Below, in pieces: positions 13,580 to 26,798 of a DNA stretch of 64,000 nucleotides. The stretch lies in the NCBI RefSeq assembly GCF_006345805.1, contig NC_043015.1, forward strand, positions 17,980,001-18,044,000, read 5' to 3'. How positions within the stretch are numbered: position 1 is the first letter of the stretch; each line of letters opens with the position of its first letter. Both the position numbers and the translations under genes were made by a program. The stretch comes from Octopus sinensis (Eukaryota). The notes beneath the pieces were generated by a model. The model saw only the letters and a list, made by a program, of their open reading frames with translations. It searched no databases and had not been told where the DNA came from.

Positions 13580-13900
13580 CAAAATGAAGGTGCATGGCTT
13601 AGTGGTTAGGGCATTCGGCTCACAATCATAAGGTCATGAGTTCAATTCTCGGCTTCTGTCCTTAAGCAAGACACTTCATTTTCACATTGCTCCAGTCCAC
13701 TCAGCTGGCAAAAATGAGTAGCACCTGTATTTCAAAGGGCCAGTCTTGTCACACTGTGTGTCATGCTGAATCTTCCCCAAGAACTACGTTAAGGGTACAT
13801 ATGTCTGTGGAGAGCTCAGACACTTGCACGTTAATTTCATGAGCAAGGTGTTCCATTGATCGTATCAGTTGGGACCCTTGTTGATGTAAGGAATGGAGTG
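13578..13900 (+). mobile_element. tRNA-derived SINE (family C)
   Basis: A-box TGGCTTAGTGG, B-box GAGTTCAATTC, central GTCCTTAAGCAAGACACTT..TTGCTCCAG domain. Confidence 0.8.
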
Positions 13901-13948
13901 CTCCTATATATACACACACACGTGTATAGATACACACACACACATATA

Positions 13949-14320
13949 TCTCTTATTATAAAAGGCAGATTTTATCTGCCTCCCTTTGTCAGTTATAGAA
14001 ATCTACAATATAGGATTTCTTCAATTACAATTTACCTAGCATTTTTAAGAGTAGAATGCATCGGGTCATGCCAGGTCCAGTTTTTAAAATTTAAACTCCA
14101 ATTAAGCAAAATTTACAGAAAATCACATTCTGGTGTGTATGTCAAATGCTTTTCTTAATGTGGTTTACACCGCACGCACACGCACACACACAGTGTGCAA
14201 CGAATAAAATGAAAGTAATTCACTGTGTGTGTGTTGACATGTAGACAATAGAATGCGATGGCGATGGCGATGGCGATGTAATATTTGTTTCTGTCTATCA
14301 CGCTGATAGATACATGAGTA
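13949..14320 (+). mobile_element. TC-initiated Helitron-like repeat (family 2), right copy
   Basis: A|TCTCTTATTATAAAAGGCAGATTTTATCTGCC; head-to-head with 13130-13547. Confidence 0.6.
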
Positions 14321-14452
14321 AAATGTATGGCAAGCTAAGAGATAAGAGTGAGTGAAAATGTTCTTCGAAGAGAGTAAATAGCGAGAGTGATTTGAGGAAG
14401 ACTTTACATTAAATAACCGTAGTGGCTTGTATATATATATATATATACATAC

Positions 14453-14712
14453 ATAAGACAGTAAGGTGTGATTTGAGGGAGATTTGGCTGCTATTTCTAC
14501 CATGTCTAGCTGCCATGTAGGGGTCTCCCTCATAGGCTCATACATACATAGATAAGACAGTAAGGTGTGATTTGGGGGAAATTTGGCTGCTATTTCTACC
14601 AGGTCTAGCTACCATGTAGAGGTCCCCCTCATTGGCTCATATATATATACATACATAAGACAGTAAGGTGTGATTTGAGGGAGATTTGGCTGCTGTTTCT
14701 ACCAGGTCTGTT
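14453..14712 (+). repeat. Three tandem ~100-bp units
   Basis: TAAGACAGTAAGGTGTGATTTG(A/G)GG..ATTTGGCTGCT at ~14453, ~14551 and ~14655. Confidence 0.85.
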
Positions 14713-14799
14713 AGGCCTTCTCATGTAAACTCAAGCTTTCTCATGCCTTGAACATAAGACCAAAGCAGAGAATGTATTCTTTTATTCTTCTGCTTTTTC

Positions 14800-15000
14800 C
14801 AGCCATTGGTCTGTGGCCATGCTGGGGCAATGCCTTGAAGAATTGTAGTTTAATGAATCAACTCCAGTTTTATTTTTGTAAGCATTGTACTTATTCTATC
14901 TGTTTCTTTTGTCAAGCCACTAGGTGACAGGGATGTAAACAAACCAACATTCGTTGTCAAGCAGTGGTGGAGGACAATCACAAGCACAGACACGCACACA
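14800..15000 (-). mobile_element. SINE family A, 3' half
   Basis: Reverse complement of the 3' region of 231-628. Confidence 0.7.
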
Positions 15001-15029
15001 CACACACATACATGCATACACATATACAC

Positions 15030-15064
<35 letters not shown>

Positions 15065-15082
15065 TATGTGTGTATATATATA

Positions 15083-15343
15083 TTGCAGCGTGGAAGGTGT
15101 TTGTAAGCCATTTAAGAAACACACAAAAACCGTTAGATTCACTTCAACATTTAAATTTAATTTGGCAAAATATTTCCCTCGCTTTGAGACCGCGACCTGT
15201 TCACTGACAAAAATATCGTGCTAACAGGTCGCGGTCTCAAAGCGACGAAAATATTTTGACAAATTAAATTTAAATGTTGAAGTGAATCTAACGGTTTTTG
15301 TGTGTTTCTTAAATGGCTTATAAACACCTTCAACGCTGCAACT
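15083..15343. mobile_element. Near-perfect palindromic MITE/foldback (~120-bp arms)
   Basis: TTGCAGCGTGGAAGGTGTTTGTAAGCC...GAGACCGCGACCTGTT mirrors AACAGGTCGCGGTCTC...GGCTTATAAACACCTTCAACGCTGCAA. Confidence 0.85.
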
Positions 15344-15403
15344 GTTTTCATTCCAGCACACGATCTCAGATCAAGTCACTTGCTATGCAAGTACATCTCT
15401 GTA

Positions 15404-15442
<39 letters not shown>

Positions 15443-15505
15443 TGGTAAAAACAGTAAGATAACAAAAGAAAGAAAGAGACCTCAATATTATGTAAATAGA
15501 GGAAA

Positions 15506-15899
15506 TCTTTATATATAAAAGTGAGGTTGTGTGTCTGTCTCCTACGATTTAGATTCCTAACTACTCCCACATTTTGCAGTGCAGTTTAACCAAAACCGGG
15601 TATCTTACAGTCGTGATTCATATCGAGACCGTCTGGGTATTAGCGCACGTCTACGATGAGTCTACGATTTAAAAAAAAATTTACCATCAATTTTTCCCAT
15701 TTTAATCCATTTTTGACATATATAAGGGAAGTAACTCTCTAAAATTTATTATTAAATCTCAGAACGTAAAAAGCTACAGTAACACCCCTCCCCCTTTGTG
15801 GTTAGCCATATTGAGATGGCTATTATACTTTACATCTCTAAAAATGCTTATATAATTATTTCCCTTACAAACCCGAGCAACGCCGGGCGATACTGCTAG
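15506..15899 (+). mobile_element. Non-autonomous Helitron (family 1)
   Basis: A|TCTTTATATATAAAAGTGAG ... CCCGAGCAACGCCGGGCGATACTGCTAG|T; a further CTAG end of another element may sit tail-to-tail at 15926. Confidence 0.9.
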
Positions 15900-16423
15900 T
15901 ATATATATATATATATAAATATATACTAGCAAACGCACCCATCCTTTGGAGAGTATAAGTTGTTTCAGTGGTATTTTTTTTACCATATAATTCAAGTATT
16001 GAGAAGGTTTATGAGTAGCTCAGCAATCTATGTTTCTGACTAACCTAGGAACAGATATTTAAATTAAAGGCTGGTTATTCTGGATGTCATTGCACTTTAA
16101 TGATGATAGAACATATAAGTTTGCAAGTGATGCAAAGTAGAGCTATTGAAGTGTTTTGGTAGTAGATTAGGGATAATTACTACAAAATATAATTGTTTTA
16201 AATGAAAGCGAAATTTCTTGTCAGAAACAGCCACATAAATTGTGTAATGAAATTGAAGGAAAACGTTGAAACTTCCCCTTTGCAAGTATATTTTTTTCAA
16301 CAGCAAAGGGAGTTATTTTTTCGGAGAGATAAGCTAACAAAAGTCCCTCTATTCTATCTTCCCACATAAACTAATAGCGAATGCTACATAAAGTTAAATT
16401 GGTATGGAGCTTTCTGAAAGATC

Positions 16424-17645
16424 CAGGGGTTGGACAAAATAATGGAAACACCTAGCATCATAGCATCATAATTTTGAAATATCTATAAAACCGTCAAAAG
16501 CTTGTTTAATTTTATATTTTTTGTTTTATTATTAGTGTTGCTTAATATGTTTTGCTAAAATTTTAGGATATCAGCAGAAAAAGGTAATTAAAATTCATTA
16601 AAATGACAGATCTATCAGACATTCAAAGAAGTCAAATTGTTGGTGGTCGTATGGCAGGTGCTAGCATAACAAAAACAGCCGAAATGTTTGGTGCATCAAG
16701 AAATACTGTCTTGAAAGTAATGACAGCCTTTGAGAAAGAGGGAAAAACCACCTCGTCGAAACAAAACTCCAGAAGAAAACCAAAACTTTCAGATAGGGAC
16801 CATCAGACTCTTATGTGAATTGTTAGAAAGGACCACAAAAGTACAGCTCCCAAAATGACTGCAAAACTTAATGACCACCTTGAGAACCCAGTTTCCACAA
16901 AAACTGTTCACCAGGAGTTGCACAAAGCTGGATTTCAGAGGTGGGCTGCATTCAGAAATCCACTAGTTTCAAAAACAAATTTTGCGAAGTGTTTAGGTAA
17001 AAAGACCCTACAGAATTGGTCCCTAGAGCAATGGAAGAATGTTATTTTCTTAGACAAATCGTCCTTTACCTTATTTCCAACCACCAGCCAAAGAAGCATA
17101 TGACCCAGACTGCCTTCTTCCAACTATTAAACATGCAGGAAAATCTGTGATGATGGAGGGGGGAGGGCTATATCTTGCAAATCCAATGGCCCAATGGTTT
17201 CCCTTCATGGCAGAATAGTCAAGAATATTTAAGTATTTTATCTAATCAAATTCACCCTATGGTTGTAGAACTGTTTCTGGAGGGAAACAATCTTTCAGGA
17301 TGATAATGCACCAATTCACAAAGCTAAAGTTGTGACTGAGTGGCATGAGGAACATTCTAGTGAAGTTGAACATCTTATCTGGCCACCACAGTCCCCAGAT
17401 CTCAATATTATTGAACAATTATGCTGCATTTTAAAAAAAACAAGGAGTTGATATCCTCCACCATCATCATTACAAGAACTGGAGACTATTTTAGCTGAAG
17501 AATGGACAAAAATTCCTCTGGAAACAATTTAAACTTTGTACAAGTCCATACCTTGTAGAATTCAAGCTGTAATTACTGCCAAAGGTGGTCCTGCCCAATA
17601 TTAAATTACCTTTTTTCTGCTGATATCTAAAATAGCAAAATTAAA
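16424..17645 (+). mobile_element. Tc1-family transposon, decayed, right TIR missing
   Basis: Left TIR CAGGGGTTGGACAAAATAATGGAAACACCT; HTH MTDLSDIQRSQIVG..; FQDDNAPIH..WPPQSPDLNIIE. Confidence 0.9.
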
Positions 17646-17929
17646 CAAAAATGCATAATTTCTTAATTTCTTCTGTCCCACCCAGGAAGAAATTACACAC
17701 ACACACTACATATCTGTACTTACATGAGAACATAGATGTAGAAATGTGCTCATTTGAAACAATACTACTGATTAAATAGAAACAAGAGGTATAATTAAAT
17801 TAGTAAAATGCATATGTGCATGTGTGTGGGGGTGTATGAATGGGTGTTTGTATAAATGTATACATAATTAAATGAATGAATGAAAGGCTTTTCTTTGAGA
17901 TTCCAGTTTTTCCATCACAAAATTCAAGG

Positions 17930-18470
17930 CTCTTTTGTTTGAGTTAAGACAGATTCTAAGATCTGTGAATATGAGAAGGGATAATTGCTTTATCTACCAA
18001 AGGTGCTGTCAATTCGAATATCTTGTCCCTCTGTTGGGTCGACATTTGGCAGATTCTCTTTCTTCCATTCATTCTCTTCATTTAGCAACCTTCCATAGTA
18101 GCATCTCTAAGTCTCTCTCTTTGAAGCATCATTAAATGCAAGTGAGCCATCATACATGCAGACACATTTCTCTCTTATGACATTGCGATTTTCTCTCATA
18201 CACTGTCTTGCAATTCAAAACATGTCAAGTCTCTAGTCCTCACAATGCAGAACATTGGCAAATTTTTTCTTATCTGCTTCCCCTCTGGCTAAGTAAACCT
18301 GTGTCCTAGCTTCCCATCTGGCAATCTGATACAGTTCCCTACTACCAGCACACTTCCAGTCCTTCCATGCCTGTTTCTTTTCCCTAATGGCCCTCTCAAC
18401 TACATTGTTCCACCACCATCACAGATCTGGTCAGTAGCCCTCAGCAGGTTCTCCTGTAGAAACCTTCAGT
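17930..18470 (-). mobile_element. RTE LINE internal fragment (pre-RT region)
   Basis: Homologous to 26050-26590 of the long RTE (ACAGAACATTGGCAAATTTTTTCTTATCTGCTTCCCCTCTGGCTAA). Confidence 0.85.
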
Positions 18471-20119
18471 TATTGTCCACATTATGTGATGCTATATCGT
18501 TACTGTTAAAGTAAAATAATATTTGTAGCATCTGGCACCTTTCTGAAGAAATGATATTGATTCTATGACATACAACCTGTAACATTTTCCCAATTATCTT
18601 GAATAAAATCGTTAAAACAACAGAACAAATAAAATTTTATCATATTTATCTAGGGAAATAATGTAAGGCAAACAGAATCTAATTAAAAATTGCAATCTTC
18701 TAAGAAGTAAATATCACAGTCAATATATCTCCCAGCCCCAACCGTAATATATAGTGAGATGTGGCTAGAGATTGTATTATCAGCTTGTAAGTTGATAAAA
18801 GAATAAAAGATAAATAATCTATAGTATAAAAAGAATTTTAGTTTCGTTGATTTATATTTTTTTTTACTACCTTATCGAGGAGAGGGGAAATGTTAAAACC
18901 TTGGGAGAACTTCTTGGATAACTGAGGTCAATATGAAGGTATTGTGCAGTGATGAGTAGTAGGAGGATGGTTGTACACAAGTTACAGAGTAATGGTAGGA
19001 GATACACAAGTGAACAAGTGGTACCAGTGTTTTGCAGAGTAAAAAAATTCTAATCAATAAGGTGAGAACTTTTCTTTCAATGTAATCTAGAATGTTTATG
19101 TGTAGCAGCTATAGCATCACAGAATCAGTAGCTTTTGAGAGCAGGAATAGTTCTGGGTCCCCAAGACTTGACAAGCAGTTTTGCCTTTTATATATATCTG
19201 GTCACCTTAAGGGAACATGTGCGAGTGTAAAGTGTAGTGTTTGTAATGAGTTTGAGAATTTTAGCCACACACACTGTGGTGTTATGAGACAATGTTTTGG
19301 AGCTGTTGGGGGAGATCTCATCTTTATGTCCCCTCTGGAGAATGTTTTCAAATTTCTTTCTCATTCATCAAAATAACATATGCTTGATATGTCTAAAAAT
19401 GTTGATGGTAACTAAACATAATCGTTGGAAGAGATAAATTCCATTGAAATGTTGAACATATGAGCTTAAGGCTAATCGTGTGAAAAAAGGAACTAAATCA
19501 AGTAACATCCTCAGAGACTGAGACAGTGCCAACTGCCTTAACTCCTTATATAAACACCAATTTCACTTTTTTATATGGACATCAAATATTACATCTCAGA
19601 TAATGGTTGAATGTTTTAAGAATGGTCTCCACAGTTTGAAAAACCATTAATTGCCAGTTTGGGTGCTGTATACACTTCAGATTGAATTATGCTAAGATGA
19701 ACTTGATTTTTCATTTGTTGGAGGTCTGAAGAATATTGAGCCATTATCAAACTTATTGAGTTTTAGTTACAAGCTGATGTCCTGTAATGTACACATAATA
19801 TCAGATACTTCTGGTGACAGTTTCTTGCAGCTTTCTTCAATGCTATGAAAAGATTTGACTCATCACTGCAAACCAACCTAACACTATAAAGTTCACCTGG
19901 CTACTTACAGTAATGAACTGCACCTCTTTGGAGTAGTTACCAGCCCAATAAACTAAGTTGTTGGGAGTAAGAGAAACAATGATATACAGAACAGCTATTT
20001 ATTTGAACCTGCTTAATTAGAATTCAAGGACACTTAAAAGTATTTTAGATGAAGAACTATTTCAATGTAGTCATTCAAACATCACAAAAAGTATAGTCAG
20101 TATCAAAATGGCTTTACAA

Positions 20120-21110
20120 TGTCTTGGTTCAAGCAATGTGTTTGAGTGAAATTATGTTTCAAATTGGAAAAATACATATGGAAATTTTTCTAAGGTTGCC
20201 ACTGGTCAATAGCAAAGATTGTTTGAACCACGTGCAAGGTACCATGTTTCCAAACCAGGAAGAAGACCTCATAGAAATAATTCGGGATCTGGATGAATTT
20301 CCAAGACAATAGATGATGGTCATAAAAGTATGTATTGTGATCCATGAAAAAGGCATCTGTGAAATTCATGCCACATGAGTTTAAAAGAAAAACTGATGAT
20401 GCATTGTATGGCTACAAAATTTGTGAACAGAGGGAACTAAGTCATGATCAGTTAGAAGCTGATTGTTTGAGTGCTGAAGAAAAATTTTTGAAAATTTATA
20501 ACAGAAAACAAAATATGGATATGTGGCTACAATGTAGGAACAAAAAGGTTGCCAATGCAGAGGCTCAGATTATCATTAATATCAGTCATATGCAAAGATG
20601 GTAATGTCCATTTTGATTAGAGGTTCATTATTCATCATGTGTTTGTTCCACGTGGGTCAAATAATCAATACAGAACTTTACTTAGATACCTGGAAACATT
20701 TGAAAGAAATAGAGCAAAGGAAGATATCTGAGGCATGGACAAACAACCTAAATGCTGTACCAAGTCAATGCATCTGCACATGTCAGTCTCTATCTGTGCC
20801 TTTTTGACAAAGCATATGATAATTCTTATCAGTCACTAACACCCTGCTTGCTGCATTTACCTCCTGCAGACTTTTATTTAGTACTAAAAGTTGAAAGTTA
20901 TCCTGAAGAGTTACTAATTCCAGATGATAGAAGAAAACTGTACACCACCCATGGAAATGGGTGGAGGACAAAACATTTGGAGTGGTGTATTAAGAGAAGA
21001 TGGTCCTATTTTGAAAGAGACAAGTTTGATCAAGTTAAAAAAATGAGGGTTTTTTTGTTTTTTTTTAAATCAAGCTTTTTTAGTGGTGGGGTGGAGATAG
21101 AACTCAGCAA
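20120..21110 (+). mobile_element. Degenerate mariner transposase remnant
   Basis: KKASVKFMPH; CLLHLPPADFYLVLKVES (YSPDLAPxDF-like); W..RW..CIKRRWSYFE. Confidence 0.7.
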
Positions 21111-21559
21111 AGTATAACAGAATAAAAAATGACAGTCAGCAAAGGCAATTTGTTAATAATAAACAGAACCAGAGTAAAGAACAGTGGGTCTTAAAAAGTA
21201 TTTAAAAAATATGCCATTAAAATTAGGAAATATATATGTAATAAAAATAAATGCATCTCAGAATTTCTAGAGATAGTTCAGTTGTTTGATCAACTAAACT
21301 ACAAACTCATTGAATTAGCATGTAAGTGGCTGAGTATTCCATAAACATGTGTATCATTAATGTAATTCTCAACCAGAATCAGCATGTTATAAGAGTATGA
21401 CTAGGCTGGACTTTTGAGTTACTAATGCAGTCCATCTGACAGACATCTCTACAGTTTCTGTCCACCAAACTTCACTCACAAAGATTAAGTCAACCCAAGG
21501 CTTTAGAAAATGATACTTGTCCAAGGTGCCATGCAGTAGATCGGATGTGGCATGCAGGA

Positions 21560-22222
21560 GAGACGTTTGTGTTGGTATGGTCATGTACTATGGATGGATG
21601 AGGAGAGATGTGTGAAGAAGTGCCACTCCCAAACAGTTGAAGGAATCCTGGGTAGAGGTAGACCCAGGAAGGCATGGGATGAGGTGGTTAAGCATGACCT
21701 TTGAACGTTGAGTCTCACAAAGGCAATGATGGAAGACTGAGATCCCTGGAGATATGCTGTGACTGCGAAGACCTGACAAATGAAGTGAGTTCATGGCTCG
21801 CAAGATGGTCTGCTGTGCTAACCTTGGATTGTAGGGTGACCTGCTGTGCTTGAGGAGACCTACTGAGTCAAGTACATCAACATCAAAATAAAAATCAAAT
21901 GGAAACTGTAGTTGTGATACCCATGCCGGTGGCATGTAAAAGAGCACTATCCGAACATGACCGATGCCAGTGCCGCCTTGAATGGCGTACGTGCCATTGG
22001 CACGTAAAAAGCACCAACCGATTGTGTCCATTGCCAGCCTCCTCTGGCCTGTGCCGGTGGCACGTAAAAAGCACCCGCCACACTCACTGAGTGGTTGGCG
22101 TTGGGAAGGGCATCCAGATCAGACTGGAGCCTGGTGCAGCCTCCTGGCCTCCCAGACCCTGGTCGAACTGTCCAACCCATACTAGCATGGAAAATGGACG
22201 TTAAACGATGATGATGATGATG
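21560..22222 (+). mobile_element. RTE LINE 3' end
   Basis: LCWYGHV...GRPRKAWDEVVKHDL followed by UTR repeats GGCACGTAAAAAGCACC and a (GAT)n tail at ~22205. Confidence 0.85.
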
Positions 22223-23004
22223 AAATAAATAAGCTCAAGGAAAAAAATAAATAGCCATTTAAATATTCTTGAAGTTTCTTTCAAATAAAAATATACAAGT
22301 ATAACTTACCTTATCAATGAAGACTTCAAAAGTTCAGCTCTATTCTTGGTCTTGCCTAGAAATCACTGTGTATTTAATAAGTATCTACTGAGGTCGAGGG
22401 GTACTAGCAATATGGGATATGACAAGGAAGACATATGCACATTTGAATAATATTCAAGATACAGCTAATTAACGATATAGCAGAATGATTTGAAAAATAA
22501 ATTTTAACATTCAAACATTAGTATTTGACAACTTTATCTATTTAGTTAATAGGTTTTGTTAGAACTCATTAAGCTCTAAATTAACTGCTGCAATTAAAAA
22601 ATATTTAAGAAGATACTCAGCTTATCAAAATCCTATATATTAATATCCAACATTAAATTTAATAACTGATGAGAATATTCCCCTAAAATGACCATCTTCC
22701 TTTTCAGGGTCATTTCCCATCCACGATTTTATCCATATTTCTTTCTCCAAAAAGTAAGAGTTGAAAAGTTACATGATTAACAACTGCAGCAAAGATAAGT
22801 TGACAGTTACAGTCCTTTGGAGCAAAAGCTTAAGATTAAAGCCTGAAATTAAAGTTTAAAAATTTTTTTTAAAATGACTCATTGAAGAAAAACAATAAGA
22901 AAAGGAAATAAAATAATTGGTACAAACATAAGACAGAGAATTATTTTGATGTTTGGCCCCTAAAAAATAAATTTTATAATATCGCAAGGTTAACTAGTAT
23001 TGGT

Positions 23005-23330
23005 TACAAAACACATTTCACAATATCACATGGCTGACATTCCACAATATTACATAGATGGTTAATGACAAACATTTCACAATACTACAAGGCTGGTTGA
23101 CAAACATTTTACAATATTACATAGTTGGCTAACAACAAACATGGCACAATTTTTACAAGGTTGGCTGATCACATACATTTCACAATGTCACATGGTTGGC
23201 AGGACACAAACATTGCACAATATTATGAGGCTGATTTGTGTCAAACATTTCACAATTTAATGAGGTTGGCTGGTCACACATATATCATAAGATAACATGT
23301 ATGGTTAGTGACACATTTCACAATAAAGGT
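23005..23330 (+). repeat. Degenerate ~35-bp minisatellite (~9 units)
   Basis: Consensus AACATTTCACAATATTACATGGTTGGCTGACACA; unit lengths 32-36, no conserved frame. Confidence 0.8.
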
Positions 23331-23841
23331 GCAAATAAATGTAAAAAAAAAAAAAAAAAGAAAAGACAAATTTGGAGCAATGACTTTTATGTGGAAGGCA
23401 AAAGATAAGATGGTTGACAAATGTTTGACGACCATTTCATGTCCTAATGTCAATTCAGTTCAGAATAAATAAGAAGTAAGTATTATCAACATAGTATTTA
23501 GTTCAGGTAAGTAAAATTCTCATCAAGAATATAATTTGTAATAAATGTCAGTTATTTTTCCAAAAATGTTCATGTGAAAATGAAACAATAAAATTTGTAT
23601 CACAAAAATTTCCAAATACAAAAAGAAAAACACAAACTGCTGCTGAAGTAAAATGTAAATAGTCTGTAAAGTTATGAAAGAAGAAATAAGAAAAATGACA
23701 TAATAATGAGAAACAACAGAGTTAAAAGAAATGCAACTGATTGTTAGTAGCTATAAAATATGAAGATTATCTGCAGTTTTAAATTGTGTTGAACGCACAT
23801 GAAATTTTAATGAATATATTTATGTAAAGACTGGTCTTGTG

Positions 23842-26798
23842 TCATCATCATCATCATCATCGTTTAGCGTCCGTTTTCCATGCTAGCATGGGTTGGACGG
23901 TTCTACTGGGGTCTGTGAAGCCAGAAGGCTTCATCAGGCCCAGTCAAATCTGGCAGTGTTTCTACGGCTGGATGCCCTTCCTAACGCCAACCACTCCGTG
24001 AGTGTAGTGGGTGCTTTTTACGTGCCACCCGCACTGGTGCCAGACAGAGCTGGCAAACGGCCACGAACGGATGGTGCTTTTTATGTGCCACCGGCACGAG
24101 GGCCAGGCGAGGCTGGCAACGGACACGAAACGGGGCGGTGCTGGCAACGGTCGCGAAACGGAAAGTTCTCTTACATGCCACCGGCACTGGTAACACATCT
24201 GCAATTTCCATTGATCGATTTCCATTGATCGATTTCGATTCTGATCGTCACTTGCCTCAACGGGTCTTCACAAGCAGAGTTTTGACATGCCACCGGCACT
24301 GGTAGCACATCCGCAATTTCCATTGATCGATTTCGATTCTGATCCTCACTTGCCTCATCACGTCTTCACAAGTAGAGTTTTGTGTCCCAAGAAGGGAAGG
24401 TATGCATACGTAGGCTGGCTCCATCCCATGTAGAAGGCCACGGGTTATGGACTCACTTGTCCTGCCGGGTCTTCTCGCGCACAGCACACTTCCAGAGGTC
24501 TCGGTCTCTAGTCATTTCCTCAGTGAGACCTAAAGTTCGAAGGTCGTGCTTCACCACCTCGTCCCAGGTTTTCCTGGGTCTGCCTCTTCCACAGGTTCCC
24601 TCAACCGCTAGGGTGTGGAACTTTTTCACACAACTATCTTCATCCATTCTCGCCACATGACCATACCAGCGCAAACGTCTCTCTTGCACACCACAACTGA
24701 TGCTTCTTAGGTCCAGCTTTTCTCTCAAGGTACTTACACTCTGCCGAGTGTGAGTACCGGCATTACACATCCATCGGAGCATACTGGCTTCATTTCTAGC
24801 GAGCTTACGCATATCCTCAGCAGTCACGGCCCATGTTTCACTGCCATGTAGCATGGCTGTTCGTACACACGCATCATACAGTCTGCCTTTCACTCTGTGC
24901 GAGAGGCCTTTTGTCACCAGCAGAGGTAAGAGCTCTCTGAACTTTGCCCAAGCTATTCTTACTCTAGCAGTTACACTTTCAGCACACCCGCCCCCGCTGC
25001 TGACTTGGTCACCTAGGTAACGGAAACTATCAACTATTTCTAGTTTTTCTCCCTGGAAAGTGACGGAAGTTGGTCTCAGAGCATTTTCAGTGTTTATTGT
25101 TCCTGAGCATCTGCCACATACAAAAACCATCTTCCTAGTTAGCCTTCCTTTGACATTGCTGCATCTCTTATGTGTCCATAGCTTACACTTGGTGCATCTT
25201 ATAGAGTTTCTACCTACACCTTTTCTACAGATCGAGCAGGGCCATCTACCTGAAGGTGTTTGTGATTTGTCTACCTTCCTACTGATTACGACTTTGGTTT
25301 TAGCTAGATTGACTCTGAGGCCCTTCGATTCTAATCCTTGTTTCCACACCTGAAACTTCTCCTCCAGTTCTGATAGCGACTCAGCAATTAGAGCAAGGTC
25401 ATCAGCATAGAGGAGCTCCAAGGGCATCCTGTCTTGAATTCCTCCGTTATTGCCTGGAGGACTATGATAAATAGGAGGGGGCTGAGTACTGAGCCTTGGT
25501 GGACTCCTACCTCTACCCGGAATTCTTCACTGTACACATTTCCAACCCTCACCCTACTAGCGGCGTCCCTGTACATGGCCCGCACAGCTCTCACTAACCA
25601 TTCATCTATCCCTAGTTTCCTCATTGCCCACCAGATAAGGGATCGGGGGACCCTGTCGAAGGCTTTCTCCATGTCAACAAAAGCCAGGTACAGGGGCTTA
25701 TCTTTGGCTAGGTATTTCTCCTGCAGCTGCCTTACCAGGAATATAGCATCAGTAGTACTTTTCCCTGGCACAAACCCAAACTGCATCTCATCTAAACTAA
25801 CTCTCTCTCTAATTAGTTGGGCTATGACCCTCTCCGTAACCTTCATCACCTGGTCCAACAGCTTGATACCTCTGTAGTTATTTGTATCTAGGGCATCACC
25901 TTTACCTTTGTAGCAGTTGACTATTATACTGCTACACCAGTCATTGGGTATGACCCCTTTGTGTATCACCTGATTAACTATACGGGTGACTAGGCTATAG
26001 CCGACACTACCAGACATTTTGAGCATCTCTGCAGTGATTCCTGATGGGCCTGGGGCTTTCCCTGTCTTCATGCTTCTAATTGCCTTAGCTACCACGGAAC
26101 TATCAACTCGGATAGCTGGTCCCTCTGTTGGGTCAACATTCGGCAGACTCTCTTTATCCCATTCATTTTCTTCATTCAGCAACCTTTCATAGTGGCATCT
26201 CCAAACCTCTCTCTTTGCATCCTCATTTAGCGTAAGTGAACCATCATCCATGCGAACACACTTCTCTCCTACCACATCACGATTCTCTCTCACACACTGT
26301 CTTGCAACACGAAACACCTCCAGTCTTTGGTCCTCACGGCGCAGAACATTGGCAAATTTTTTCTTATCTGCTTCCCCTCTGGCTAAATAAACCTGTCTCC
26401 TAGCTTCTCTTTTGGCAGTCTGATACAATCCCCTGCTACCCCCATTTTTCCAGACCTTCCAAGCCTGTCTCTTTTCTCTAATAGCCCTGTCTACAATATT
26501 GTTCCACCACCACGTTATTCTAGGTCGAGAGGGGACTTTGCACCAGCCACAGATCTGGTCAGTGGCTCTCAGCAGGTGTCCCTTAGAAACGTCCAGCTGT
26601 CTTCTACCCCCTGTGATGCTCTATCCCCTTCTACTTCGTCAGAGGCTTCAAGTAATATGTCCCTAAATCTCTGTCCATTTGCAGGATCTTTAAGCTTCCA
26701 GATCCTTCTTCTCCATATTTGTCGTCTTCTGGTTGTCCTCCTAGTCCTGATCCTAAAGTCACTAACTACCAGTCTATGTTGTGGGGTACATTCTTCAT
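23842..26798 (-). mobile_element. Young 5'-truncated RTE-clade LINE
   Basis: APE C-terminus (QHRLVVSDFR), complete RT, cysteine-rich insert, 3' UTR and (GAT)n tail. Confidence 0.95.
24257..26428 (-). pseudogene. RTE reverse transcriptase ORF split by a frameshift immediately before YADD
   Basis: ORF 25388-26428 (KAPGPSGI, NYRGIKLL, QFGF, FVDMEKAFDRV, GVHQGSVLSPLLF) and ORF 24453-25427 (ELLYADDL, FRYLG, RLRWYGHV); TGCCCTTGGAGCTC lacks one base relative to GCPWELL at ~46375. Confidence 0.9.

Noticed and set aside
23005-23330. Cys-rich coding repeat on the minus strand
   Set aside because: Unit lengths of 32-36 nt break the frame, and stops are frequent
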